64,000 nucleotides of DNA from an uncultured Pseudomonadales bacterium (lineage in GTDB: Bacteria; Pseudomonadota; Gammaproteobacteria; Pseudomonadales; Azotimanducaceae), in NCBI GenBank assembly GCA_949372755.1, contig CASIBO010000008.1:33162-97161 (forward strand). Direction: 5' to 3'. Under the pieces are notes generated by a model. It searched no databases. It worked only from the letters and a program-made list of their open reading frames with translations, and was not told where the DNA came from. A program made the translations under genes and the position numbers. The stretch's first letter is position 1; each line of letters opens with the position of its first letter. Shown here one piece after another: positions 39,549-50,000 of the stretch.

Positions 39549-39817
39549 TGGGCGCCTTGAGCCCTGAGTGTCAGGCTGAAAGCCTTGCGGTTAGAAAGGT
39601 GCATCGCGAAGGTCAACTCGGCTGAGTGAGTTGTCTCTGAGGCTTTTCGGCGTGGGGCATCCGGGTTACAGATGAGGTGCTTTCGGACACTGCGGCGCGC
39701 TGAAGCTAACTATGTACCGGCGCGGCTGCTCGAATCAATTTAGGATAAACAGGCTCGTGCAGGCTTATGGCTGCAGGTTATGGTTTGGCTTAAGCGTTGG
39801 GAAACAGGGGAGCAGCA

Positions 39818-40543
39818 ATGGATTTGATTGATAAACGGGTGGTGCTGACCGGTGGCGCCAGTGGTATTGGGGCGGCGGTTCTGCGGCGCCTTGCCAATGC
39901 AGGCGCGCGCTGCGTACACGTCGCCGATCAAAACCAGGTTGCCCTGACAGCGCTGATCTCGGAGCTACCGCGGCAGTGCGATATCCAGGACGCAACCCTT
40001 GATGTAACCGATCGCGAGGCGCTTACAAACTGGTTTAACGCCGCGGATGCGGCCATGGGTGGCATCGATATTGTGATCAACAATGCGGGCATCATGTCGG
40101 GCCCTGTCGAGTTTCCGGAGACTCCCCTTGCGGCGATGATGAAGGTCATTGACGTGAATCTCATCGCCATGATGCTGGGCACTCGGTTAGCCGTAGAATT
40201 GATGCACGCCCGAGGGATTGCAGGGGTTGTCATCAACACGGCGTCGGTCGCTGCCTTTAACGCGATGCCGGCGGATCCAGCCTATGCTGCGTCCAAAGCC
40301 GGAATTGTTAATTTTACTCAGTCTTGCGCGCCGCTTGCGCAAAGCCATGGGGTTCGGGTGGTCGCAATCTGTCCCGGCGTGACCGATACCGCGATTGTGC
40401 CCCATGATGCGGCGTGGCTGAAACCTGCATTGGCCAGCGTGCAATTTTTAACGCCGGATGACATTGTCGACGCCATGGTACGGGTGATCGGTGAATCTGA
40501 GTTGACGGCCTCTTATGTCCGGGTCGACAATCAGCGGTTGTAA
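39818..40543 (+). CDS. SDR family oxidoreductase
   Basis: TGGASGIG, NNAG and YAASK. Confidence 0.85.
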   Translation: MDLIDKRVVLTGGASGIGAAVLRRLANAGARCVHVADQNQVALTALISELPRQCDIQDATLDVTDREALTNWFNAADAAMGGIDIVINNAGIMSGPVEFPETPLAAMMKVIDVNLIAMMLGTRLAVELMHARGIAGVVINTASVAAFNAMPADPAYAASKAGIVNFTQSCAPLAQSHGVRVVAICPGVTDTAIVPHDAAWLKPALASVQFLTPDDIVDAMVRVIGESELTASYVRVDNQRL

Positions 40544-40584
40544 TAACGTCGCGCATTCAATTTAACGAGCCTACTGGAGGCACT

Positions 40585-41481
40585 ATGACCCGAACTTCGC
40601 CAATCACCTTCGGCGTGATGTGTGCCGCAGATAGAATGACCCACGTCGGTCTGCAGCGTTTCGCGCAGCAGGTTGAAGCGGCGGGCCTAGATCAGATTTG
40701 GGTGCCGGAACTCTTAGGCCGAGATCCTTTTTTGACGGCCTCAGCGCTGCTATCGGCAACGCAAACGGTTCGAGTGGGTACCGCCATTGCCAACGTCTAT
40801 GTGCGCGATGCCCGGGCCACAAAGTCAGCGGCCTATTCATTGGTGGACGCGTTTGGGGATCGATTTGATTTGGGTTTAGGGGTTTCGAATCCGCTTGGCA
40901 ACGAACCCAGAGGACACCCTTGGCTTCCGCCAGTGACCAAAATACGGGATTTCATTGATCGATATGATGGGGCAGATTTATATTTTCAGGCGCCAGGAGG
41001 GCACATCCCTAGATATCTTGCGGCCCATGGTCCAAAACTGATGAAGTTGGCGGGGGAGCGGTTCGACGGCGCGTTTAGCTACCTGCAAACCCTTGCGTAT
41101 TCGAGGATTGCTAAAGGCCTTTTGGGCAAGGGTCGTCTGAATTTAATGCAGCCCACCGTCTTCTTAAAGGATCCAGAGGCAGCCCGGTCCTTGGCCAGAA
41201 AGGCGATTAAAATTTATATGCCGCTTGAGAACTATCATCGTGCTTGGCGGGAACGGGGTTTTGAAGACGCCGATTTTAAAGACGGCGGGTCTGATGCGTT
41301 TATCGACGCACTCATTCCTTGGGGTGACCCGGGGACGCTCACAGCGGCGTATAGCCAGCAAATCACGCAAGGCGTGGGTCACATCATTATGACCCCGCTG
41401 GGTTTGAATCTTGATCATGAACTAGGCTGGCAAGCGATCTCGGACTTAATCCAAGGCGTGAAGGCAGAGGCGGCGGCTTGA
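40585..41481 (+). CDS. LLM-class (luciferase-like) flavin-dependent oxidoreductase
   Basis: Its length and motifs (VPELLGRDPF..., GLGVSN) resemble F420/FMN-dependent LLM proteins. Confidence 0.7.
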   Translation: MTRTSPITFGVMCAADRMTHVGLQRFAQQVEAAGLDQIWVPELLGRDPFLTASALLSATQTVRVGTAIANVYVRDARATKSAAYSLVDAFGDRFDLGLGVSNPLGNEPRGHPWLPPVTKIRDFIDRYDGADLYFQAPGGHIPRYLAAHGPKLMKLAGERFDGAFSYLQTLAYSRIAKGLLGKGRLNLMQPTVFLKDPEAARSLARKAIKIYMPLENYHRAWRERGFEDADFKDGGSDAFIDALIPWGDPGTLTAAYSQQITQGVGHIIMTPLGLNLDHELGWQAISDLIQGVKAEAAA

Positions 41482-41656
41482 TGCTGCCGCGGGGGGCCCT
41501 CCAAATTGGGTTTAGCAGGCCGCCAAAGCGCGGGTGTTTTCGCCGGAGGCATCTTTCAGTCCCCATCACAAAGGCGCGTGTGTTGGGACAATTTAAAGTG
41601 CGTAACGATGACAGGGTGCCGCCTTACAGCGATTTAAATCAATGGCTGTGTCAGCA

Positions 41657-42679
41657 ATGAAAGCGGTTTTGATGCAATCTGGCCGACTTTGGCAGCAAGA
41701 TCTGCCGATGCCGGAGCCGCAACAAGGCGAGGTCTTAGTCCGAACCTGTGCGTGCGGTATCTGCGGCACCGATCTACATGCGGTGAAGCACACCGAAGCC
41801 TTGATCAAGACCTCCCGAGAAGTGGGTGGCGGCTTTAAGTTAACCACCGACCAACCGGTGGTGCTGGGCCATGAGTTCTGCGCTGAAATTATCGATTATG
41901 GGTCTGGCACCAATAGGACCTATGCAACTGGTCAATTGGTGTGTTCGATGCCGGTTTTGCTGCGTCCCCAGACGGTTGGGTTGGGGTACAGTGATCAAGC
42001 GCCTGGCGGCTTCAGTGAATACATGGTGTTGTCGGAGGCGCTGCTCGAGCCAGTCCCCGTCGGCATTTCGGCAGAGCAAGCAGCGCTGACGGAACCCTTG
42101 GCGGTTGGCCGGCATGCCGTCGCCAAAGCGCGGCTCGCAGGGCGGGAAGAGGTCTTGGTCGTCGGGTGTGGCCCGGTTGGTCTTGCCGTGATCGCAAGCC
42201 TCAAAGCGCAGGGCCATGGTCCGGTGTATGCAGCGGACTTTTCACCCGCTAGACGATTGATGGCCGAACGCTTGGGCGCAGATGTCGTGCTGGATCCGCA
42301 AGCCGGAGATCCACTGATGGCGCGGACGTGGCCAAAAGGCGGTCAGACCGTGATATTTGATTGTGTTGGCGTTGCCGGCATGATCGATCAATTATTTACG
42401 GCGGCGCCCCAAGATGCGCGTCTGGTCATTGTTGGGGTTTGCCTGGAAATGGATCATGCCCGCCCGCTAATCGCGGTGAACAAGGAACTGAATGTGCAAT
42501 ATGTTTTGGGGTACTCCCAAGCAGAATTTGCTGACACGCTCAAAGCCATGGCAGATGGCGCGTTCAACGTTGGGGACTGGATTACGGATATTGTCGGCTT
42601 GGACGGGGTAGAGGCGGCCTTTGAACAATTATCCTCCCCCGAAGCCCAAGGCAAGATACTAGTTGACCCCAGGCGGTAG
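41657..42679 (+). CDS. zinc-dependent alcohol dehydrogenase family (MDR) protein
   Basis: CGICGTDLH catalytic-zinc motif, GHEF, and the VVGCGPVG Rossmann motif. An alternative start is at 41642. Confidence 0.85.
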   Translation: MKAVLMQSGRLWQQDLPMPEPQQGEVLVRTCACGICGTDLHAVKHTEALIKTSREVGGGFKLTTDQPVVLGHEFCAEIIDYGSGTNRTYATGQLVCSMPVLLRPQTVGLGYSDQAPGGFSEYMVLSEALLEPVPVGISAEQAALTEPLAVGRHAVAKARLAGREEVLVVGCGPVGLAVIASLKAQGHGPVYAADFSPARRLMAERLGADVVLDPQAGDPLMARTWPKGGQTVIFDCVGVAGMIDQLFTAAPQDARLVIVGVCLEMDHARPLIAVNKELNVQYVLGYSQAEFADTLKAMADGAFNVGDWITDIVGLDGVEAAFEQLSSPEAQGKILVDPRR

Positions 42680-42806
42680 CGGGCTGCGCGTCGTTTTCCT
42701 ACGGCGTTGAGGTTGCCCTGATCCCTTGATCGACTTTAAGCATCGCATCGCTTTGTTTTAGACTTCTGATTCCGATTCGTTGGCGTTATCACCACAAGGT
42801 CGAACT

Positions 42807-43406
42807 ATGCATGACAAACCCGTAAACCCGGCCTGTGTTCGGAATCAGGGGCCGATTGAGGCAGCTCTCTCGAGCCGATTACCCGCTGGCACCAAGGTCC
42901 TCGAGCTGGGATCTGGAACCGGCCAACACGCGGTGTATATTGCTGAGCACCGACCGGACCTTGTATGGCAGGCCTCGGAGCAAGCCGATCACATGGTGGG
43001 GCTGCTGCAATGGATTACAGAGGCGAGCCTGCCGAATTTATTGCCGCCCAAAGTTATCGACCTGCGGTACTGGCCGGAGGGGTTGTCGGGATTTGACGCG
43101 GCGTACACCTCTAACCTGGTGCACTATGTTCCGGCGCAGTTGGTAGCCGCCCTCATGGCTGGCATTGCAGCCGCAGTCGTGCCAGGCGGGCCAGTGTTGT
43201 TTTATGGACCGTTTAATGAAAACGGTTTTACCAGTGGCGGCAATGCGCAGCTGGACGCTTGGCTGAAGGCTTCCGTGAGCCCTGACGCCGGTTTGTGGGA
43301 GCGTGCTGCTTTAGCAGACCTCGCTGCAAACCACGATCTTGCGTTTGAAGAAACGATTACGATGCCCAATAACAATGTGATGCTGGTATTCAAGAAGCAT
43401 CGGTGA
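42807..43406 (+). CDS. DUF938-type SAM-dependent methyltransferase
   Basis: RN..PI n-terminal motif, VLELGSGTGQH SAM motif, and YGPF..NG..TS..N..FD pattern. Confidence 0.7.
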   Translation: MHDKPVNPACVRNQGPIEAALSSRLPAGTKVLELGSGTGQHAVYIAEHRPDLVWQASEQADHMVGLLQWITEASLPNLLPPKVIDLRYWPEGLSGFDAAYTSNLVHYVPAQLVAALMAGIAAAVVPGGPVLFYGPFNENGFTSGGNAQLDAWLKASVSPDAGLWERAALADLAANHDLAFEETITMPNNNVMLVFKKHR

Positions 43407-43415
43407 TGGCGGGCG

Positions 43416-43817
43416 CTAGACGACGTCTTCGATCACCAAAACCTGCCGGTTGTGGAAGTTGCCAGACAAGCGGCTGACAAAATTTAACACCTTTATTTGC
43501 CAGCCGTATTTTGCATGCAGCGCTTGGTAGGCCTCAGCGCATTCATCGGGGTCCGCGGTTAGACGTGCTGTACCCAAGATCGCCTCACCCAAAGGCTTAC
43601 CACTTACCGTGCAAGGCTTGACTTGAATATCTGAAAAATTACGAAGGCGCTTAACCTTGCCAGCGTCGCCCGCTGAAAAGGCAACCAAAGCACCGTTTGC
43701 CACCTGTGCGACCCAAATCGGGGTCCAAACCCAATGCCCATCGCGTTTTTTCGTGGCGAGCGACAAGTAAGCGTGTTGAGCGATGGACGTTGGCATGACA
43801 GCTGGCTTCTTTTCCAA
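43416..43817 (-). CDS. PPOX-class (pyridoxamine 5'-phosphate oxidase-like) FMN/F420-binding protein
   Basis: 133 aa with YLSLATKKRDGHWVWTPIW, typical of PPOX-class probable F420-dependent enzymes. Tentative. Confidence 0.6.
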   Translation of the reverse strand: MEKKPAVMPTSIAQHAYLSLATKKRDGHWVWTPIWVAQVANGALVAFSAGDAGKVKRLRNFSDIQVKPCTVSGKPLGEAILGTARLTADPDECAEAYQALHAKYGWQIKVLNFVSRLSGNFHNRQVLVIEDVV

Positions 43818-44055
43818 TGGTTTCCCAATTTGACCACATCGAAAGCGTAGAGGGTAGATCCAAGGCTGATGCTGACTTCAGGTTGGGAGGGGCTAACGAT
43901 GATGAGCTACTGAACTCGATTTGATTGATTCAGCGTGAAGCTTTAACCTCTTATAACGATTTGAGATTAATAAGCTCTAAGGTTCAACGCCGCGCTTTTC
44001 AGTGCTTTTGGTGCAGCCAACCGTAGCAGTTTATTCCTGGAGAGAAAGCCACCTA

Positions 44056-47000
44056 ATGATCCATTTTTTTATTCCAGCGCTTTTTATGGTGGCGAGTCTC
44101 TTGGCATCTGCAGATTCGCGACCGGGCAGAGCGATCATCGATTTCGAGCCAAACAATTCGATCGACGCGGCGGAATCGATTCAGCTTGGACGTGAGGTCG
44201 ACGGCAGCCTTGCGAGTATGTCTGACGTGGATGTCTACATGGTCACGATTGATAAAACCTCCAAGCTATCGCTAGCCTTTCGAAGTGAGCTTCGAGAAAG
44301 TAACGGCTGGAAGTACGAGTTGCTTAATGAAGAGGGCAGTGTCCTGGGTGCTAGTTTTTGTGATTTTACGGATTGCGAAAATGGCGAGACGCTGTCCGTC
44401 GGCGTTCAAAGTGGTACTTATTATTTGAAGGTGCTTCCAGAATCGGATTCATCAAATGAGAGCTTCCTGCCGGATGGCGCCTACTTTTTTACCCTCACGG
44501 CGGTTGATGAATTTAGTACGGTTGAGTTTGAGCCAAACAATAGTACTGAGGTCTCGCAGGCTGTTAATTTTAATAAGACTTACGAAGGTCAGCTCTCAAG
44601 TATGTCCGATGTCGACTTCTACACGTTCGCGATTGATAACACGGCAAAGCTAGAGATCGCCTTTCAAAGTGAGCTTCGAGAAAGTAACGGCTGGAAGTAC
44701 GAGTTGCTTAATGAAGAGGGCGGTGTCCTGAGTGCTAGTTTTTGTGATTTTACGGATTGCGAAAATGGCGAGACGTTGTCCGTCGGGGTTCAGAGCGGTA
44801 CGTATTATTTGAAAGTGCTGCCAGAATCGGATTCCTCAAGTGAAAGTTTCCTGCCGGATGGCGCCTACTTTTTTACCCTCACGGCGGTTGATGATTTTAG
44901 TACGGTTGAGTTTGAGCCAAACAATAGTACTGAGGTCTCGCAGGCTGTTAATTTTAATGAGACTTACGAAGGTCAACTCTCAAGTATGACCGATGTCGAC
45001 TTCTACACAGTCACTGTTGAGAAAACTAAAAAGCTTGAGATCACCTTTCAAAGTGAGCTTCGCGAAAGTAACGGCTGGAAGTACGAGTTGCTTAATGAAG
45101 AGGGCAGTGTCCTGGGTGCTAGTTTTTGTGATTTTACGGATTGCGAAAATGGCGAGACGCTGTCCGTCGGCGTTCAAAGTGGTACTTATTATTTGAAGGT
45201 GCTGCCAGAATCGGATTCATCAAATGAGAGCTTCCTGCCGGATGGCGCCTACTTTTTTACCCTCACGGCGGGTGATGATTTTAGCACGGTTGAGTTTGAG
45301 CCAAACAATAGTACTGAGGCCTCGCAGGCTGTTAATTTTAATAAGACTTACGAAGGTCAGCTCTCAAGCATGTCCGATGTCGACTTCTACACGTTCGCGA
45401 TTGATAACACGGCAAAGCTAGAGATCGCCTTTCAAAGTGAGCTTCGAGAAAGTAACGGCTGGAAGTACGAGTTGCTCACTGAGGAGGGCAGTGTTCTGGG
45501 CGCTAGTTTTTGTGATTTTACGGATTGCGAAAATGGCGAGACGCTGTCTGTCGGCGTTCAGAGTGGGACGTATTTTCTGAAAGTGCTTCCAGAATCGGAT
45601 TCATCAAGTGAAAGTTTCCTGCCAGATGGCGCCTACTATTTTCTTATTGAATTCGGAGACAAGGATGAAGACGGCATATTTGATGAAGATGATAATTGCC
45701 TAAAAACTGCCAATCCGGATCAGCTCGATACCGACACAGATGGTTTTGGGGACGCCTGTGATGACGATGATGACGATGATGGTACAGCCGATACGAATGA
45801 TGCGTTCCCCCTAAACGCGGATGAAACCGTGGACTCAGATGGTGACGGCATTGGCAATAACGCTGATGCTGATGACGATAACGACGGCGTTGAAGACGGT
45901 AATGACGCATTCCCCTTTGATTCGGCGGAAAACTCAGACGCAGACCTTGATGGCGTAGGCGATAACAGTGACGCGTTCCCGCAGGATGCGAATGAGTCTT
46001 TAGATTCTGATCAGGACGAGGTTGGCGACAATGCTGATAATTGCCCAGAGCTTGGCAACACAGATCAAATCGATACCGATGGCGATGCTGCAGGCGATGC
46101 CTGTGATGCAGATGATGACAATGACGGGGTTTCGGACGAGTTAGATTTTTACCCCCTCGATTCAAGTCGAACGAAATATGGCGGGCAGCGGGCGCTGATC
46201 ATTGCTGGCGGTGGCCCGTACGAAGGTAATTTTCTATGGACGGCAACGCAAAACATGGCCAACGTCGCTTACGACGCGCTGCGGACCCAGGGCTTGAGCG
46301 ATGACAATATTGAGTATCTATCCGAGGAAGTTCGGGCGAGGGTAGATGGCTTGCCAACAGTAGCGAATATTAAAAAATCGATCGAAAGTTTGGCGGACGC
46401 CGATGAAGAAAAGATTACAGATGTGCTGATCTATATGGTCGATCATGGCGATGACGGAGTCTTTAAGATCGACGAATCGACCTTTTTAGGGGCGAGTGAT
46501 CTCAAGGTTTGGTTGGATGATCTGCATGCTAAACACGATATACGATCGACCCTCATTTATGATGCCTGCCAATCTGGATCCTTTATTCCTCTGCTGGGTT
46601 CACAAGACGATACCAACCGGTTAGTCATTACTAGCAGCGCAGCGCTAGAAAATGCATGGTTTGCCAGTGATGGCTATTTATCTTTTTCTTACTACTTCTG
46701 GACTATTTTCAGGAGCGGCGGTGACTTCTCCGAGGCCAGTATCGCCGCGAAAAATGCAATGGGTTTCCAGTTCAGGCAGACCGCTAAGTTTGATGCTAAC
46801 GGGAATGGTGTTAGCGATGAAAAAACAGATAAATTACTGATTAAGGACTTTGCGTTTGGGCTGGGCGCCGTGCAAGCAAGTGAGTTCCCTGTTGTGGGTG
46901 CAATTGAAGTTCAACGCGAACTTAATGGCGAGCTGTCAGTGCCAATCACCGTGGCGTCAGTCGGCGGAGGAACTGCCGTTGAAAAGGTCCTGGTGATACT

Positions 47001-50000
47001 CACGACACCAGACAAACCCATTATAGCGCCGGATGAGCCCTTGGTTAATCTGATCGATACCGAGCTGACACAAAATGAAGACGGAAGCTGGGGTGGGGTA
47101 GTAGCCGGGTTCGAGGCGAAAGGCAGCTATGAATTAAGCGTGATCGCCGAGAGTAAGAGTGGACTGACCTCTTTCCCAACAGAAGAAAACACCAATTCTG
47201 TGACGGTGCAGCAAAATATTGGTAGAGATCCAATTGTGCAGTCAGACACGGATAGAGATGGTGTTGCCGATGCGACCGATCCTGATGACGATAATGATAA
47301 TGTGCTGGACGCTGATGATGCTTTCCCAACCGATGCGGCGGAGTCTAAGGATACGGACGGCGACGGTGTTGGAGATAATGCCGACCTGGATGATGATAAC
47401 GATGCGCTGAGCGATGCGGACGAATTGTTGCTAGGGACAGATTCACTGAATGCGGATTCTGACTCGGACGGATTCAGTGATGGTCTGGATGCGCTCCCGT
47501 TAGATGCAACAGAAAGTATTGACACAGATTCCGATGGTGTCGGGAACAACGCTGATCAAGATGATGATGGCGATGGACTTGACGACATTTCTGAAATCCA
47601 ATCAGGCCTAAATCCGCTGTTAACAGACTCAGACAACGATGGTGTCGATGATGGTATTGATGCGTTTCCCTTAGATGGCAGTGAGACTGTCGATTCAGAC
47701 CTGGATGGAATTGGTGATACCCAAGATGCGTTTCCAACAAACCCAGATGAAACGTTAGACCAGGACGGGGATGGTATTGGTGACAACGCGGATGTGTTCG
47801 ATGATGATCCCTTTGAAGCCTATGACACGGATAGTGATGGTCTTGGCAATAACGCAGATCCAGATGACGACAATGATGGATTCTCGGACGATGAAGAGAT
47901 AGCCGCTGGCACCGATCCACTCGGTGCGTCATCCTGCCCAGGCTGTTTTTCTTTCGACGTTGACAACGACGGTGAGGCCAAAGCGTTAACCGATGGCCTG
48001 CTGGTGATCCGACACCTCTTCGGCTTTAGCGATGAGGCGTTAACCGCTGGTGCCGTCGGTAGCAATGCGAGTCGTACAACGCCTGCAGATATTGCAGCGT
48101 ATCTTACAAACGCGGCGACTGAGCTCGATGTCGATGGCGATGATGAGGCGAAAGCCTTAACCGATGGTTTATTACTCATTCGCCAGCTGTTCGGTTTTAC
48201 AGGTAATGCCTTAACGGCAGGCGCCGTCGGTGAGACCGCAGAGCGCGCCACCGCGAGTGCAATTCAGGCGTACATTACGCAACGCTTGCCTGACTCAAAT
48301 GGTTCGGCCAGTGGCTCGGATGACGGCGTGGGCGCTGACACCGGCGATGCTGGCGGCTCAGATACGGCTGGGTCTGACACTGGTGAAGATACGGGCGGGA
48401 CTACCTCTGGCGGCAGTACCGATGGGGGCACCAGCGACGGCGATACTGATTCGGGCGGCGACACCGGCGGCACTGATGGTGGTTCAGCCGGCACAAAAAC
48501 GATTGAGATAGACGTGGTTTATGACCGAGTGCCTTATCGCGCGCCGGAGTGCACGGCCTCAGGTTGCAGCTATCGGGGGCTGGATTACGCCAACATCGTA
48601 CAAAAGCCTGTGCGGTTTGCTAAAGCTCAGGTTTTGGATGCTGATTCGAAGGCGATCGTCACCGACAATCTTCGAACGGACGCCGCAGGACGATTGTCAT
48701 TCTCGGTTGGAGATGATGACGCTTTTATCGTGCGGGTTTATGCTGAGAGCCCAGGGAATGGCTCCGCCAGCTGGGGACTACGGATCGTTGACAACAATGG
48801 TGCTGATCAGGAAGGCAGCTACCCGGTTTATGTTTTGGAATCCCAAGCCGTGGGCGCGAATGCCGTTGACGAGCCGTTAACGCTACGGGCAGCGTCAGGA
48901 TGGGGGCTCACAAAATATACCCAAACGCGATCGGCCGCGCCGTTTGCGATCCTGGATTCAATGGTTTCGGCGACCCTCTACGCGTTAAGCGGCCGCAGTA
49001 CACTGATTTTTGCACCGGTTGATGTCTATTGGAGCATTGCGAATTCCACAGATACGGTTGGAACCTCGTATTATTCTGGTGCTTATATCATGATCCTTGG
49101 CGATGCCGAGGTAGATACCGATGAATATGATGAATCGGTGATCGTTCATGAGTGGGGCCATTATTTTCAATCAATTTTATCGAAAGACGACAGCCTTGGT
49201 GGCAGCCACGGCGGTGGTGATCTGCTGGATATGCGGGTTGCCTTTAGCGAGGGTTGGGCCAACGCTTATTCGGGTCTTGCGACGGCGCGGGATGCCTATA
49301 TCGATACCTCTGGCAGTCAACAAGCGGGTGGGTTCGGCATCGCACTTGAAATTGAACTAACTGAAAGAGAGGGTGCAGTTAAAGGCTGGTATTCCGAAGA
49401 TAGCGCCCAGTATTTGGTCTATGACTTATTTGATGATGGGGCGTCCGATGACGATAATGTCGCGCTGCCAGTCTCTGTGATGATGTCGTCGCTTATCGAT
49501 TTTATGCCCCAGCAGGCTGCGGCAACATCAATATTCAGCTTCAGTGCTGGGGTAATCGATGCGCAACCGAACCAATCCAGTTTGATCATGGCCTTGTTGG
49601 ATCGCGAAAATATTGGCCGAGGCAGGGTGCAAATTGATTCCCTTGGCTCAGGGGAAACCAATTCGGCAGGCGAATACGCTGCGGTTGAGAATATTGAGGC
49701 GATGACATTGCCGGTTTATACCGTGCTTGATAGCAGTCTGATCTCAGCAGACATGTGCCAAGATGTCTTGCCGGCGTCTGCGCCACGAGTATTCGGTATC
49801 GATAATAAACTGGGGGCTTATCGCTTTGCTCAGTTTGAAATATCTCAGGCAGGCAACTATACCGTCCGACTCACTACGACAGCGAAACCCTTGGGCGCTG
49901 CTAGCGATCCTGATTTTGGCGTTTACAATGCACAGGGCTTGATCGGCCCTCAGCTTAACGAGCTAACGGGAGCCGTGGATCTAGAGTCCCACATCTTGCA

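Noticed and set aside
40876-40900. tRNA T-arm-like string GGTTTCGAATCC.
   Set aside because: It has an extra T relative to the GGTTCGAATCC consensus and no flanking acceptor or anticodon arms. It lies inside the LLM oxidoreductase CDS.
43818-44055. Mobile-element or genomic-island boundary before the giant-protein locus.
   Set aside because: No integrase, transposase, tRNA gene or direct repeats are visible at this border, so island status cannot be supported from this window.
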